Source: Euryarchaeota archaeon UBA256 (GTDB lineage Archaea > Thermoplasmatota > Poseidoniia > Poseidoniales > Poseidoniaceae). From it: a stretch of 64,000 nt of DNA. The notes below the pieces were generated by a model. The model saw nothing but the letters and a program-made list of their open reading frames with translations, had not been told where the DNA came from and did not search any database. The first letter of the stretch is position 1. Each line of letters starts with the position of its first letter. Below are positions 39,527 through 50,663 of this stretch, piece after piece. The stretch spans positions 80,559 to 144,558 of the forward strand of contig DACE01000010.1 in the NCBI GenBank assembly GCA_002494645.1, written 5' to 3'. Made by a program: the position numbers and the translations under genes.

Positions 39527-42058
39527 TCATTGATAACTGGCCAGGTGGAGGACCACCGTACCTGCATCGTAAGTCAACCACATGGTTGCAAGAGGTTCTT
39601 GAGGTGGAGAAAGTGTCAGCGTCGTGCTGCCTGATGAAAGTGCATCACCGTCCCAGTCATGCGTCCAGTCATCTCCAAATCCACCCTCTCTTGCCAAACG
39701 GAAAGGAACCGATTCATTGGTTGGGTTGTGGAAGGTGATCGAATCCATACCTGCGTTGAGGAATGTCCCATTATAGGCGATTGCCCAAGGAGTTGTCCAA
39801 AACCGAGTGGTCGAATTCATCCAAGTCACGAGGAGTTCTGGCCCGTTCATGGCGGTAAAATTCAACCGAGGGTACGGTGAAAAAGGGTCATTACATACGG
39901 TGATGTTGGCTCCATTTTCAACGTGAAGCGTTAGATTCTGATCCCCATCAATGACGGGAATTGAACCTACTGAACGGATACTCGTATCCCAAATCCAAGC
40001 TCCTTCTGAGGGGCGAGCAGGTGGACTTACACTGGCGTTGATGGGGCAGAAGGCTTCATTCTCCAACAACACGCCACCTTCACCCAAGAGAGCACCCCAA
40101 GATTGGAACTCATCACCCGTAATGGTCCAGCCGTCCTCGGGCACATAGGCGATACGCGGCCCACTGGCGGGCAGAAGTGGAGTGAAGGTGTCGTTATTGA
40201 TGTGGATGGTGGCCATACTTGGTTCAAACACAAGTGGGTCGAGACCACGTAAACAAAAGACATCGGGCACGTCCAGAAGTGATGCATTCATGCCGGATTC
40301 ACCATCAATTTGAACGAGTGATGTTTGAATTCCTTGGAGTTGGGATTCAGTGATACTAAGGTTGAGTTCAACGGATTGGATGAGTTCACCAAAAAGGTCA
40401 ACGCAGCGCAATACTGCATCGCCCGAATAAAGGTCGTACCATGTCTCAGCAGGGACGACTTCGAGAGCAGGACGTACCTGCATGGGCTCGATGTAGTAAT
40501 TGTCATTCATCTCGACAATGTATGAGAAATTCGCTGCAGTCGGTGCCTGAGAACCCACCCAAGTGAGATTTAGCCAGAAAATTGCCGTTCGTTGAGGCAA
40601 CAGGTCCGATCCACACCCAAACCCGTTTATTTGATGCATTGATTCGCCATCACAATCCCATTCAACCTCCCAATTCGTACGTTGCTGCTCAAAGAGTGCG
40701 TGTATGGCGTAGGGTTGCCGCAAGGATGACGGATTGGTAATTCGAACCTCATTATGTGACTTCCAGGTCATGTTCTCATCAAACACTGCTAACTCTGGTG
40801 ATACGAGAACATAGGACATATCGGCATCCCATGATTCATCATGAAGAACGGGCTGTTGTGCAGGCAGTAAAAAGAGGAAGGTGATGAGTAAAAGCATGCC
40901 CATTTTCCGGTGATCATCTTCGCTCAAACCCGATGTCTCGTCCAAGATGAGTGGAATACGGATGTCGTTGCCGAAAAAGAAGAGGAGTGGTAATAAGAGC
41001 GCCAAGACAAGATACCACAACGAGAATCCTCCAAAGACGTCAAACAAATAGGCGAAGAGTAAGATGGTCACAAAAAGAAGGCTTTGCGTACTTGAACTTC
41101 GAGCGTCGAGCAGACCCATTCTCGCAATCAGCAGACGACCTCCTGGGAAGGTCGGAATGGGTAGAAGAGAAATCCAAGAAAAGAGAATGAGCATGCCACC
41201 TGCATGAACGAATGGATGAGCCCATGCCATTCTGATGATGGCATCCTCAGCGATGAATTCTGTTGCGATGAGGCTCAAGAATACTGGTGATACGGTGATA
41301 AGCGGCATGGCTGTTGACTCGAGGTACTCTGGCGTGAGGCCAATGCCCAACATCAAGAGAATGATTCCAGCTACACCGAGAACGAGTGGCACAGAAAGAG
41401 CGGTGTGGCCGAGTGCGGCCCGATTAGGCCAGGGGCGCGCATCCATTCTGGGCATGGTTGGAATCAGAAGAATACCGAAGGGCCAAAACAGCCACTCCGC
41501 GGGGAAAAGACCGAGGGCGTAAAGCGCTATGGTGAAGTCTGGAACAGGCATGATATGTCCGCTGCGAACGCCAAAGCGATGAGCGATGCGCCGTTGAATA
41601 AACGAGGCAAAAAGTAGAACGCCGATAATTGGCAAGGTATAACCGACAAGAGCATCCACAAATGAAGACGAATGAAACCACCCGTCATCGGGACGAGCCG
41701 AACGCATCCACACATCGCCAGCAAGGGTGAGAGTCAAAAACGAGAGCACCCAAAAGAGAAACACGCTGTTCAAGCGTGGGAATTGACGTTCTGGAGCGGG
41801 AAGTACCGTCAACACCCATTCATCATCCCGTGTTAACTTCGCCATCCATCCCAAGCGTTCGAGATGCTTGTTAATTCTACTCAATTCTTCATTGATTTCC
41901 ACTCCATCCTTGGGCATGACGCACCAAGAAGGCCACCTGCCACCGTTATCGCTCAGGATGTGAACGTAGGTTGAGAGGATGGATTCAAGCAAATCATGCT
42001 GTGTCCAAGCACGCTTGTGATGTGGAAGGGAATCTTCGGCAGTCACTGACTCGTCCAT
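39527..42058 (-). CDS. M50 (site-2 protease)-like polytopic membrane protein with large C-terminal extracellular region; catalytic motifs absent
   Basis: Architecture of archaeal M50 proteins (LTLTLAG, PFG, HP..AG, LLP...GG) but no HExxH or LDG. Confidence 0.65.
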   Translation of the reverse strand: MDESVTAEDSLPHHKRAWTQHDLLESILSTYVHILSDNGGRWPSWCVMPKDGVEINEELSRINKHLERLGWMAKLTRDDEWVLTVLPAPERQFPRLNSVFLFWVLSFLTLTLAGDVWMRSARPDDGWFHSSSFVDALVGYTLPIIGVLLFASFIQRRIAHRFGVRSGHIMPVPDFTIALYALGLFPAEWLFWPFGILLIPTMPRMDARPWPNRAALGHTALSVPLVLGVAGIILLMLGIGLTPEYLESTAMPLITVSPVFLSLIATEFIAEDAIIRMAWAHPFVHAGGMLILFSWISLLPIPTFPGGRLLIARMGLLDARSSSTQSLLFVTILLFAYLFDVFGGFSLWYLVLALLLPLLFFFGNDIRIPLILDETSGLSEDDHRKMGMLLLITFLFLLPAQQPVLHDESWDADMSYVLVSPELAVFDENMTWKSHNEVRITNPSSLRQPYAIHALFEQQRTNWEVEWDCDGESMHQINGFGCGSDLLPQRTAIFWLNLTWVGSQAPTAANFSYIVEMNDNYYIEPMQVRPALEVVPAETWYDLYSGDAVLRCVDLFGELIQSVELNLSITESQLQGIQTSLVQIDGESGMNASLLDVPDVFCLRGLDPLVFEPSMATIHINNDTFTPLLPASGPRIAYVPEDGWTITGDEFQSWGALLGEGGVLLENEAFCPINASVSPPARPSEGAWIWDTSIRSVGSIPVIDGDQNLTLHVENGANITVCNDPFSPYPRLNFTAMNGPELLVTWMNSTTRFWTTPWAIAYNGTFLNAGMDSITFHNPTNESVPFRLAREGGFGDDWTHDWDGDALSSGSTTLTLSPPQEPLATMWLTYDAGTVVLHLASYQ

Positions 42059-42122
42059 TCATCTGCCCCCCTTGTCAAACCGGTGAGGCCCATCCCCAAT
42101 GAATCCCTCGTTAAAGCGGAAC

Positions 42123-42740
42123 TCACTTATTCTTGAATCGCTTCAAACGGAATGTCTCTTCCCGCTCCATTTCTTCAAGACGAAGTTGGATGAAGACTTT
42201 CGCTTCTTCAAGTTCTGGGATGACTTTGAACTCCAAAGCATTGACACGCCGTTTGGTAGCTTCAATTTCAGCAAGAAGGCGCTTCAATGTAGCCTCCATT
42301 TCAGATGCCGTCACGATCTTCTCAATCAGTTCACTGAAGGAATCACTTGCCTCATCAATGTAGGGTGAAGAACCAATAAAACCGATTCCTCGCTCAGCAA
42401 AGGTTGACTTGAGATTGGTACCAGTCACGCTGGGGACAACCACTCCCATGATGTTGCGGCGTTCAACTTCAACTTCCGGGTGTGCAGAGTTGGCAATAGC
42501 AGCGGCTCGAACGGCCAATCCACCTTCAATGGCATTAGCGAGGTCGATACGAGTTTTGGCCAGTGCATAGGCGGCGGTCAAATCTCGCTTGGCTTCAATC
42601 ATTTCAGCAAGAAGTTGTCTGAATTCATGGAACAAACCGTCACGCTTCATTTTCAGAAGTTTGTAACCGTTTTTTGTTTGTTTGATACGGCCTTTGAGCT
42701 TGATGAGTTCGCTGCGGGTTGGTTTAATGTCCAATGCCAT
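42123..42740 (-). CDS. atpD: A-type ATP synthase subunit D
   Basis: KPTRSEL, GYKLLKMKRDGL, NIMGV, TKRRVNALE. Confidence 0.96.
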   Translation of the reverse strand: MALDIKPTRSELIKLKGRIKQTKNGYKLLKMKRDGLFHEFRQLLAEMIEAKRDLTAAYALAKTRIDLANAIEGGLAVRAAAIANSAHPEVEVERRNIMGVVVPSVTGTNLKSTFAERGIGFIGSSPYIDEASDSFSELIEKIVTASEMEATLKRLLAEIEATKRRVNALEFKVIPELEEAKVFIQLRLEEMEREETFRLKRFKNK

Positions 42741-42774
42741 CGATCTCACCTCGTTCTTCGTTCACCGTTGTCGT

Positions 42775-44154
42775 TCAATCGCGATTGTCGGGATGGTACT
42801 TTTCAATCCACTTCTGGTCGAGGCGGACAAGATACTTGGTGTCAATTGATGACATCAATGTCCAACACAAATCGAGGGTCTCCTCAATTGAGCGGTCCTC
42901 ATCACGGGTTTGGCGAAGGAACTTGTCCTCAAATACACCAGAGAAATCCAACAATTGCTTGTCACGCTCGTTGAGTGCATCTTCACCAACGATGGCAACG
43001 AGTCCTCGAAGTTCACGACCTTGAGCGTAGGCAGCGTACATCTGGTCGGAAACCGACTTGTGGTCTTCACGAGTCGTCTTCTCACCGATACAGGACCCCA
43101 TCAGTCGTGAGAGAGATGGAAGAACGTTGATGGGCGGATAGATACCCTGTTGGTGCAGTTCACGAGAAATCACAATCTGGCCTTCGGTAATGTAACCGGA
43201 AAGATCCGGAATTGGGTGAGTGATATCGTCACCAGGCATGGTCAAAATCGGGAATTGGGTGATTGAACCCTTCTTTCCTTTGACGATACCAGCACGCTCG
43301 TAGAGCATGGCTAAGTCAGTGTACATGTAACCGGGGTAACCACGACGTCCGGGGACTTCTTCACGTGCTGCACCGATTTGACGCAGGGCATCGCAATAGT
43401 TGGTCATGTCAGTATAGATGACCAGAACGTGGTAGTCTTTCTCAAAGGCGAGGTATTCGGCTGCTGTGAGAGCGAGACGAGGGGTGATGATACGCTCAAC
43501 TGCTGGGTCGTCAGCGAGATTAACGAACAACACAGCATTTTCCAAGGCACCAGTACGCTCCAAATCAGAACGGAAGAAGTTGTATTCTTCAGCGGTAATT
43601 CCCATTGCACAGAAGACAACAATAAATTCTTCATCGGAGTCCTTCAGTTTCGCTTGTCGAGCAATTTGCAGCGCAATGTCATTGTGTGGAAGACCAGACG
43701 CCGAGAAAATCGGCAGCTTTTGTCCACGAACAAGGCTCGTACACAAATCAATAGCTGAAACTCCAGTTTGAATGAAATCATTCGGGCTCTGTCGGCTGTA
43801 GGGGTTGATAGCAGCACCGATAATGTCTGCCTTCTCATCTGCAACGATTTCTGGTCCACCATCACGGGGGCGTCCTGCACCGTCGAGAATGCGACCGACC
43901 AAGTCAGTGCTTACGGGGAGTTTGAAGACATCGCCCATGAAGGTAACACCGGTTTCACGGTTGATTTTTGCAGTTCCTTCAAACACTTGGACAATCACCA
44001 AGTCGTCGGATGTGTCGAGTACTTGTCCGTTCTTGATGTCGCCATTTGCAAGGCGGAGTGTTACGATTTCACCAAAGGCAACAGGTTCAGTTTTGTTCAA
44101 AAAGACCAGCGGTCCTTTGACGTCAGTAATGGTTCGGTATTCTTTTCCAGTCAT
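42775..44154 (-). CDS. atpB: A-type ATP synthase subunit B
   Basis: [46 protein letters not shown]. Confidence 0.97.
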   Translation of the reverse strand: MTGKEYRTITDVKGPLVFLNKTEPVAFGEIVTLRLANGDIKNGQVLDTSDDLVIVQVFEGTAKINRETGVTFMGDVFKLPVSTDLVGRILDGAGRPRDGGPEIVADEKADIIGAAINPYSRQSPNDFIQTGVSAIDLCTSLVRGQKLPIFSASGLPHNDIALQIARQAKLKDSDEEFIVVFCAMGITAEEYNFFRSDLERTGALENAVLFVNLADDPAVERIITPRLALTAAEYLAFEKDYHVLVIYTDMTNYCDALRQIGAAREEVPGRRGYPGYMYTDLAMLYERAGIVKGKKGSITQFPILTMPGDDITHPIPDLSGYITEGQIVISRELHQQGIYPPINVLPSLSRLMGSCIGEKTTREDHKSVSDQMYAAYAQGRELRGLVAIVGEDALNERDKQLLDFSGVFEDKFLRQTRDEDRSIEETLDLCWTLMSSIDTKYLVRLDQKWIEKYHPDNRD

Positions 44155-44167
44155 GTCAATCCTCTCC

Positions 44168-45907
44168 TCAGTTGGTCTCCACCGCATCGGCAATTTCATC
44201 GTTCATTTTCTTGACCATTGAATCAATACGGTCAATGTATCCTTTCTCAAAGCGACCACGCATGAGGTCGGAACGAGCAGGGACGTTGACCACATCGTTC
44301 AGCAAAGCACCGTCCGCCATGGCGCTCTTTGCAGCGTCTTGGAAGGACAGAATGGCTTTAGCCATGTGGTATTGAAGGTGAATGTCACAGTAAGCATCAA
44401 CATCGTGGAATCCATTTTGTTGCAAGAAGAATTCACGAATCATTCGAGCGACTTCAAGGGTGAGTTGTTGGTCGACAGGAAGTGCATCGGAACCGACCAA
44501 TTGAACAATTTCTTGAAGTTCTGACTCAATTTGGAGCAGACCACTGATTTGGGTTCGGATTTCTGGGAAATCTTGGGCGATGTTGTCGCGGAACCACTGA
44601 TCCAAGCTTTGTGGATACAGAGAATACGAATTCAACCAGTTGATGGCAGGGAAGTGACGTTGACGAGCCAATCCTGCATCAAGACCCCAGAACACCTTGA
44701 CAATTCGAAGCGTTCCTTGTGAAACGGGTTCAGAGATGTCACCACCAGGAGGCGAAACAGCACCGATAACGGTAACAGATCCGTCATCGCCGTTCAGCGT
44801 CTCAACACGGCCTGCGCGTTCATAGAACTCTGCAATTCGAGACGAGAGATAAGCAGGATATCCTTCTTCACCAGGCATTTCTTCCAGACGTGATGAGATT
44901 TCACGCATGGCTTCTGCCCAACGAGAGGTTGAGTCGGCCATGAGGGCGACATCGTAACCCATGTCACGGAAGTATTCTGCAATGGTAATTCCAGTGTAAA
45001 CTGATGCTTCACGGGCTGCGACAGGCATGTTGGATGTGTTGGCAATCATCACGGTTCGCTCCATCAAAGGTTTTCCAGTGTTTGGGTCAATCAAGTGAGG
45101 GAATTCGTCCAATACTTCAGTCATCTCGTTGCCACGCTCTCCACAGCCGATGTAAACCACAAGTTGTGCGTCGGAGTACTTTGCAAGCGATTGTTGTGTA
45201 ACCGTTTTACCGGAACCGAATGGACCGGGGATTCCGGCTGCTCCACCCTTTGCGAGTGGGAACAGGAAGTCGAGAATTCGCATACCGGTCACAAGGGGTG
45301 TGTCAGGAGCGTACTTCTGTTGGAAAGGTCGGGGGGTTCGCACGGGCCACTTCTGCATCATTTGCATTTCAGTGCCGTCTTCGAGCACACAAACGGTTTG
45401 TGTGACGTTGAAATCTCCAGATTCAATGGACTTCACGGTGCCGCTGACGGTAGGGGGAACCATGATTTTGTGGATAATGGTGTCCGTTTCTTGAACGTGG
45501 CCAATCACCTGGCCGCCAACTACTGCATCGCCGGCAGCGACTTGTGGCTCAAAGGTCCAAATCTTTTCGAGGTCAAATGCATCTGCGTCAACACCACGGG
45601 TGATGAACACGCCCATTTCCTTCTCGAGAGTGGGCAGAGGACGCTGGATACCGTCGTAAATTTGAGTCAAGAGACCGGGTCCCAACGAGACTGAGAGGGT
45701 CTCTTCGGTGTTCAACACAGGTTCACCTGGTCGGATACCAGAGGTATCTTCGTAAACTTGGATGACGGCTTTCTCGCCGTGCAGTTCAATCACTTCACCC
45801 ATCAGACCTTCGTGGCCGACTCGTACAACGTCATACATTGCTGCGCTCATGCCAGTGGCGGTCACGACGGGCCCCGAAATTCGGTAAATTACTCCTTCAT
45901 TGCTCAT
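44168..45907 (-). CDS. atpA: A-type ATP synthase subunit A
   Basis: [37 protein letters not shown]; no intein. Confidence 0.97.
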   Translation of the reverse strand: MSNEGVIYRISGPVVTATGMSAAMYDVVRVGHEGLMGEVIELHGEKAVIQVYEDTSGIRPGEPVLNTEETLSVSLGPGLLTQIYDGIQRPLPTLEKEMGVFITRGVDADAFDLEKIWTFEPQVAAGDAVVGGQVIGHVQETDTIIHKIMVPPTVSGTVKSIESGDFNVTQTVCVLEDGTEMQMMQKWPVRTPRPFQQKYAPDTPLVTGMRILDFLFPLAKGGAAGIPGPFGSGKTVTQQSLAKYSDAQLVVYIGCGERGNEMTEVLDEFPHLIDPNTGKPLMERTVMIANTSNMPVAAREASVYTGITIAEYFRDMGYDVALMADSTSRWAEAMREISSRLEEMPGEEGYPAYLSSRIAEFYERAGRVETLNGDDGSVTVIGAVSPPGGDISEPVSQGTLRIVKVFWGLDAGLARQRHFPAINWLNSYSLYPQSLDQWFRDNIAQDFPEIRTQISGLLQIESELQEIVQLVGSDALPVDQQLTLEVARMIREFFLQQNGFHDVDAYCDIHLQYHMAKAILSFQDAAKSAMADGALLNDVVNVPARSDLMRGRFEKGYIDRIDSMVKKMNDEIADAVETN

Positions 45908-45935
45908 TTTTTCATCTCCTGGTTTGGTTGGAAGT

Positions 45936-46235
45936 TCACTTCCACAAATCGACTCCTATTGCCTTGCGAATGGTATCACGCAAAGCGGTGTCCTCCTCCG
46001 TACCGATGCCAAGAACGGTAGGAGAAACGGACGCAGAGAGTTGATCGCGCAACCGCTCTGGCAAGTCGGCAAGCATGGCGGAGTCGACCACCACGATACC
46101 AACTGACTTGTTGTTGAGTAGGGAACGAAGGGTTGAGTGCAGAGCCTCTTCACCTTCAGGATTGTGCAGGTCCGAGAGACCTGCGAGTTGGAAGCCCAAC
46201 GTGAATGCGGGGGAGCCGACGACTGAAATCTCCAT
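45936..46235 (-). CDS. atpF: A-type ATP synthase subunit F
   Basis: [16 protein letters not shown]; operon position. Confidence 0.93.
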   Translation of the reverse strand: MEISVVGSPAFTLGFQLAGLSDLHNPEGEEALHSTLRSLLNNKSVGIVVVDSAMLADLPERLRDQLSASVSPTVLGIGTEEDTALRDTIRKAIGVDLWK

Positions 46236-46244
46236 ACGATCACC

Positions 46245-47285
46245 TCAAAGAACGTGAGCCTCCAACACTTCGGAAGACAAGCCCGCTAGACGACCTCGTA
46301 CAATCAGGCGCAAATCTGACACTTCCTGGACCTTCATGGCCACGTAATGAATGATCGGGAGGGCGGATACGGGATGGAGGTAGCTCATCCGTTGCATCAT
46401 AGCATACTCTCGTCCTTTCATCCATGTGACGACAGGGTCAAGACTTCGGGTGGAGGTAGCTTCCTCCAAGACGCTTTCGAACTCGGTCATGTCAAATCGG
46501 TCACCTGAACGAAGAAGGTCAAGCATGGCCTCACGACCACCGGTTGCAATGGATGAGAACATCCGTTTTGGAATCAGTCGGCCTCCGGGAATAAGCAAAT
46601 GAACGAGTTGTTCAGATGCAATGCCCGCAGAATCGGCTTCAAGGATATTGACGATGTTTCGATGGTCTATTTCTGCAGCAAACAACCTCGCTAAGAAGCG
46701 AGCTGGCGCTCCCTTCGACTGAATGAGAGCGCGTTGAGATGCTGCGTAATAATGACGGTCAAGAGCGTCTTCGTAATCTGCGAGTGAACCATCTTCAGGG
46801 ACCTTGGCGAGTGCGGTACCAAAGGACTTGCGTCGCATGAGTACCGCTGCTGCTCTTAGGTCATCACAACTTTCGACAACCTTGAGCCAAGGTGTGTTCA
46901 CATCGTTGATTTCTGGAAGGATACTATTGCCTACTTCTTCAACCGAAACTTCGTTGTGAATAGCCCTCAATACGGCTTTTGCATTTTGGTATTCGAAGCG
47001 TGAAGTGTAAATCTCAATCAAAGGGCGTATGCTTCGGTTGGACATGTTGACAATATCGGTGAGTTCACCCTCAAGATTGTGCGTGAGGGCAGCTTCAACC
47101 AAGTCTCCACCGCTGAGTTTCCCAGCATAGAGGTCTATTTCCGTACGATATCCGATGTCCCCCACAGCCACTGTCAACTGATCAACCGACTGGTTGATGA
47201 GTTGACGCAGACGCGCTCGGTCAGCCAACTTCTGCCGTCGTGCCTTGGCACGTGAGACGACATAGGGAGTGTTTCCGAGCATCAT
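46245..47285 (-). CDS. atpC: A-type ATP synthase subunit C
   Basis: YVVSRAKAR, EIDHRNI, EVSDLRLIVRG; operon position. Confidence 0.9.
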   Translation of the reverse strand: MMLGNTPYVVSRAKARRQKLADRARLRQLINQSVDQLTVAVGDIGYRTEIDLYAGKLSGGDLVEAALTHNLEGELTDIVNMSNRSIRPLIEIYTSRFEYQNAKAVLRAIHNEVSVEEVGNSILPEINDVNTPWLKVVESCDDLRAAAVLMRRKSFGTALAKVPEDGSLADYEDALDRHYYAASQRALIQSKGAPARFLARLFAAEIDHRNIVNILEADSAGIASEQLVHLLIPGGRLIPKRMFSSIATGGREAMLDLLRSGDRFDMTEFESVLEEATSTRSLDPVVTWMKGREYAMMQRMSYLHPVSALPIIHYVAMKVQEVSDLRLIVRGRLAGLSSEVLEAHVL

Positions 47286-47299
47286 GAGATTCACCTTCT

Positions 47300-47863
47300 T
47301 TATCCAAACAGAGTTTCGTTAACCGCAGAGAGATGGTTGGACCATGCACGCTGCAACATGTTGTCAAAGCGCATATCAAATGATACAGAGCCATCTTCAG
47401 CCTCGAGGATAAATCCTCCGAGCCCCTCAACGCTCTCTGCGATCTTTCGGTCGCCAGCAGCCTTGGTGATAGCAGCACGGTCAAGTTCAACCGGTCGAAT
47501 GACAAATTTACCCTTTGCCAATTTCTCAGATTCGCTGAGAAGTGATTTCAAGAGCGCTGCTCGTCCTTTCATGCCGGGGTCGGCAATGTGGTCTCGGGCG
47601 GCATCAAGGGTTGCATCCAGTACCTTTCGTCGCGCCACGAGGATGTCCTGTTGGTTCGATTGTCGGGCGCTGGCAACCAACTCACGAGCGAGTTGGCCTG
47701 CTTCCTTTTCTGCACGCTGCTTTGCTTCAGTTTGCATGTCGCTGACTTTGGCTTCTGCATCGGCCAGCAGTTGTTTGGCCTCTGCTTTCGCAGCCTTAAT
47801 CAGCGCTTTCGCTTCTTTTTCAGCCGAAGCAGCAATGTCTTGGGCAAGTGTTTCTAATGTCAT
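47300..47863 (-). CDS. atpE: A-type ATP synthase subunit E
   Basis: N-terminal coiled coil, LGGFILEAEDG..FD; operon position. Confidence 0.9.
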   Translation of the reverse strand: MTLETLAQDIAASAEKEAKALIKAAKAEAKQLLADAEAKVSDMQTEAKQRAEKEAGQLARELVASARQSNQQDILVARRKVLDATLDAARDHIADPGMKGRAALLKSLLSESEKLAKGKFVIRPVELDRAAITKAAGDRKIAESVEGLGGFILEAEDGSVSFDMRFDNMLQRAWSNHLSAVNETLFG

Positions 47864-47891
47864 TCTTTCATCTCCTTCATCGTTCGTTCGA

Positions 47892-47918
47892 TTGGGCCTT
47901 CGCCCAACGGAAACCGTT
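47892..47918 (-). terminator. Hairpin(s) between atpK and atpE
   Basis: TTGGGC-N4-GCCCAA (47892-47907) and overlapping AACGG-N3-CCGTT (47906-47918); may be an mRNA stability or processing element rather than a terminator. Confidence 0.4.
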
Positions 47919-47923
47919 TCTCC

Positions 47924-48238
47924 TCAATTTCCGAGGAAAAGCGGAAGTGCACCGAGAATCACGATGGATTCTGGAAGAGCGGTGAAGATCAAAGCAACAC
48001 CGAACTTGCTGCCGTCTTCGGCAAGCATGCCAACAGCAGCGCTGCCGATAGCGGCTTGGGAGAATCCAGCACCAATGGCCGCAAGGCCAAGGGCTAGACC
48101 GACACCAACGTCGCCAGTCATTCCGTCAGTTGCACCCGAATCGGTTGTCTCTTCTGCAGCAACACCTTGGGCGACCAAGGCGAGCGTTAGCAAGACGATC
48201 AGTGTGCGTAGGCTTGTTTTCAGGGTATTCTTGTTCAT
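47924..48238 (-). CDS. atpK: A-type ATP synthase proteolipid subunit K/c with N-terminal signal-like segment
   Basis: GLAAIGAGFSQAAIGSAAVG...ALPESIVILG single hairpin; GGAGGT SD. Confidence 0.95.
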   Translation of the reverse strand: MNKNTLKTSLRTLIVLLTLALVAQGVAAEETTDSGATDGMTGDVGVGLALGLAAIGAGFSQAAIGSAAVGMLAEDGSKFGVALIFTALPESIVILGALPLFLGN

Positions 48239-48268
48239 TTTTCTACCTCCTAGTTTTTGTCCGTGGGA

Positions 48269-50296
48269 CTATGATTGCCCCTCCGTATGGAGGGTGCGAC
48301 CGCCGAGTGGGGTAAAAACCCGACCGGAGCCGTCGTAGAACTTGCCCATCCACTCAACGAAGTGGAGACGGGCAGCGTGGATGCTCGGTGAGAGCAAGCC
48401 AAGCGCAAGTGCGAATGCTTGTATGAGGAGGAAAAGAACGGCACCAAAGAAGATCTCAATGATTCCAGCGCCAGTCGCCGTCATCATGTCCCACCCCATC
48501 ACGATGGAGACTTCTGCGATTTTGACGCCTGCGACCCCAACACCCATGACGCGGAGGTAAGAGAGGGTGTTGGCGAGAAGACCAAAGGTTTCGATAGGCC
48601 CCATAATCAGGCCACCGGCCCAACCAAACTTCTCAAACACTGCGAGACCAATGATGAGGCAAACGATACCGCCCAGAACAGCAAGTCCTGGAGCAGTTGC
48701 CGCAAAGACTGCATGGTCTCCCGTGAGGAATCCGTAGATGTGGATGAATCCACCCGTGAGGATGATGATCCAGCTTCCCTTCTCGAAGAAGGCAGCAACC
48801 AGGCCGTGTGCCTTGGCGACATTAACGAAGCCGATGATGAATCCGACCATCAAGTGAAACACGCCGAGGTAGACAGAAAGCAACACGTAGTCTTGAAGTG
48901 CCCCTGTCGCACGATGGAAGGGGATGTGAGTGTGCGTCATGTTGAGGGTCTCTGCAACAAAGGCAGGGAAGTGGATGTTATCGTAAGTCCACACATAGAG
49001 TCCGTCCAGTGGCGACCATGCTTCATCCCAAACAAATCCGAAGCCTTCAGCAAATAACAATCCCCAAATGATACACCATACGCCCATCCACTTCAGGATT
49101 GTGATGCCGTTTTTCACCACAGGGTCGGCGGCAAAGGGCTTGGTTCCGAGCCATATGCCCAAGAGAAGAATGATGAGACCGTAACCGAAGTCGCCCAGAA
49201 TTAGGCCGTAAATCATCGGGAAGGTGAACATCATGAGGGCAGTAGGGTCAAACGAGCCGTACGTGGGGCGTCCAACAAGGTCAACCATGAGTTCGAAGGG
49301 GCGGGATACGGGGTTGTTTTCGAGCGCCACTGGAGGAGACGGCTCATGGTGGTGATCGTCATGGTCGTCGTGATGATGGTCGTTGACGAAGGCCTCTACT
49401 TCAACATGCGAAGCGATGTCCTTCAACGCAGAGCGGATTTCACCGTCTTTAGAGGACGGAACCCATGCATCCAGAGCGAAGGCTTGACCGGTCACAGCCA
49501 TTTGAGTTGGAGCGGTGAATACCTCATCTTCTTTGGTGAGATATTCGTGGACGGCGAGGATGTTTCGGGCGTTATCCTTCGCCCATCGCTCGGACTTTTC
49601 TGCCGCAGAGTACATCATGGCTTCGATCTTCGAGCGGCGGGATGAGAGATTTTTGATCGCCTCACTTGGCGTGCCGTTCATGTCGGGAATTTGTACTGCC
49701 TTACCGCCCAGTTCACCCAAAGCCATCTGGACTTCAGCAGATTGTTCAGGCAAACATGCGACGGCGACGATTCCAGGTGCTGTAGCCATCTCGACCTTTG
49801 AGGCAAGAGCCCCGAATGTCCCTCGGGCTTTGCTGGACTTCTTCGTTTCAGCAACAAAGACTTCAACTCGGCCAGTTCCAGTGAGTAACTCCAAATCCAT
49901 GTTGAGAGGAGCAAGTCGCTGAAGAAGTTTCAATTGTTCGTCGAGCAGCGAGAGTTCAGACTCAGCATCTCGTTGTTCGTCGAGAAGGTCAAGCCCGTTT
50001 TGCAGTTTTTCGGGAAAATCACCAGCAATCAATTCTTTGATGCGGTGCAAAGGCACAGGGCCGTCTGCGTTTACAGGGTTGAAGGCCGAAACAGCAGCCC
50101 GTACCTTGGCAAGCAGTGCGCTTACTTCGTTGGCTTCGTCGCTCCCGATGGCTTGTCCAACGAGGACACCGTCTTCGAAGTTTGAATAGGCTTCAATATG
50201 GACGCAACCAGCGTTCGTACAGGCACGGAGAACATCCTCCATTCGATCGACGGGAGCAGCCACTGTCAAACGTGACATAGCTACCGTGTCGAACAT
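48269..50296 (-). CDS. atpI: A-type ATP synthase subunit I/a
   Basis: AWVP, PTYGSFDPT, GDFGYG, LSYLR, HAARLHFVEW..KFY.G.G..F.P. Confidence 0.95.
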   Translation of the reverse strand: MFDTVAMSRLTVAAPVDRMEDVLRACTNAGCVHIEAYSNFEDGVLVGQAIGSDEANEVSALLAKVRAAVSAFNPVNADGPVPLHRIKELIAGDFPEKLQNGLDLLDEQRDAESELSLLDEQLKLLQRLAPLNMDLELLTGTGRVEVFVAETKKSSKARGTFGALASKVEMATAPGIVAVACLPEQSAEVQMALGELGGKAVQIPDMNGTPSEAIKNLSSRRSKIEAMMYSAAEKSERWAKDNARNILAVHEYLTKEDEVFTAPTQMAVTGQAFALDAWVPSSKDGEIRSALKDIASHVEVEAFVNDHHHDDHDDHHHEPSPPVALENNPVSRPFELMVDLVGRPTYGSFDPTALMMFTFPMIYGLILGDFGYGLIILLLGIWLGTKPFAADPVVKNGITILKWMGVWCIIWGLLFAEGFGFVWDEAWSPLDGLYVWTYDNIHFPAFVAETLNMTHTHIPFHRATGALQDYVLLSVYLGVFHLMVGFIIGFVNVAKAHGLVAAFFEKGSWIIILTGGFIHIYGFLTGDHAVFAATAPGLAVLGGIVCLIIGLAVFEKFGWAGGLIMGPIETFGLLANTLSYLRVMGVGVAGVKIAEVSIVMGWDMMTATGAGIIEIFFGAVLFLLIQAFALALGLLSPSIHAARLHFVEWMGKFYDGSGRVFTPLGGRTLHTEGQS

Positions 50297-50305
50297 GGTA
50301 CCACC

Positions 50306-50623
50306 TCACTCCGAAGTTAATCCGTCAACAACCATTTGCACGGCTTTGTCCTGGTTTGAGGCTGAACTCTTCTCGATGGAGGCGACTTCTTTGGAGCCTT
50401 CCGCTTTGACCGAATCTGCTTCGGACTGAGCGCCATCACGAGCTTCGTCGAGGATTTTTTGAGTCATGGAAACCGAATCTTCGGCCGCAGATTGTACCAT
50501 CTCAGAGGATTTCTTACGAGCGTCCGACATGATTTTTGCCGCTTCTTCCTGAGCAGCAGCGAGGCGGGATTCAGCATCCTTTTCAGCGTTTTTGATGCTT
50601 CGGAGAACGTCGACCATACCCAT
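50306..50623 (-). CDS. atpH: A-type ATP synthase subunit H/G
   Basis: VLRSIKNAEKDA coiled coil; first gene of the operon. Confidence 0.85.
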   Translation of the reverse strand: MGMVDVLRSIKNAEKDAESRLAAAQEEAAKIMSDARKKSSEMVQSAAEDSVSMTQKILDEARDGAQSEADSVKAEGSKEVASIEKSSASNQDKAVQMVVDGLTSE

Positions 50624-50663
50624 GTAGAACACCTGTTAATTCGCCTCAGCAAAAGGGGGTTTA

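Noticed and set aside
44168-45907. Intein in atpA (also checked cdc6 and the gyrB fragment)
   Set aside because: Lengths are normal and the motifs are contiguous.
47337-48338. 333-aa plus-strand ORF
   Set aside because: Antisense shadow of atpE/atpK; Ser/Ala-rich with no motifs.
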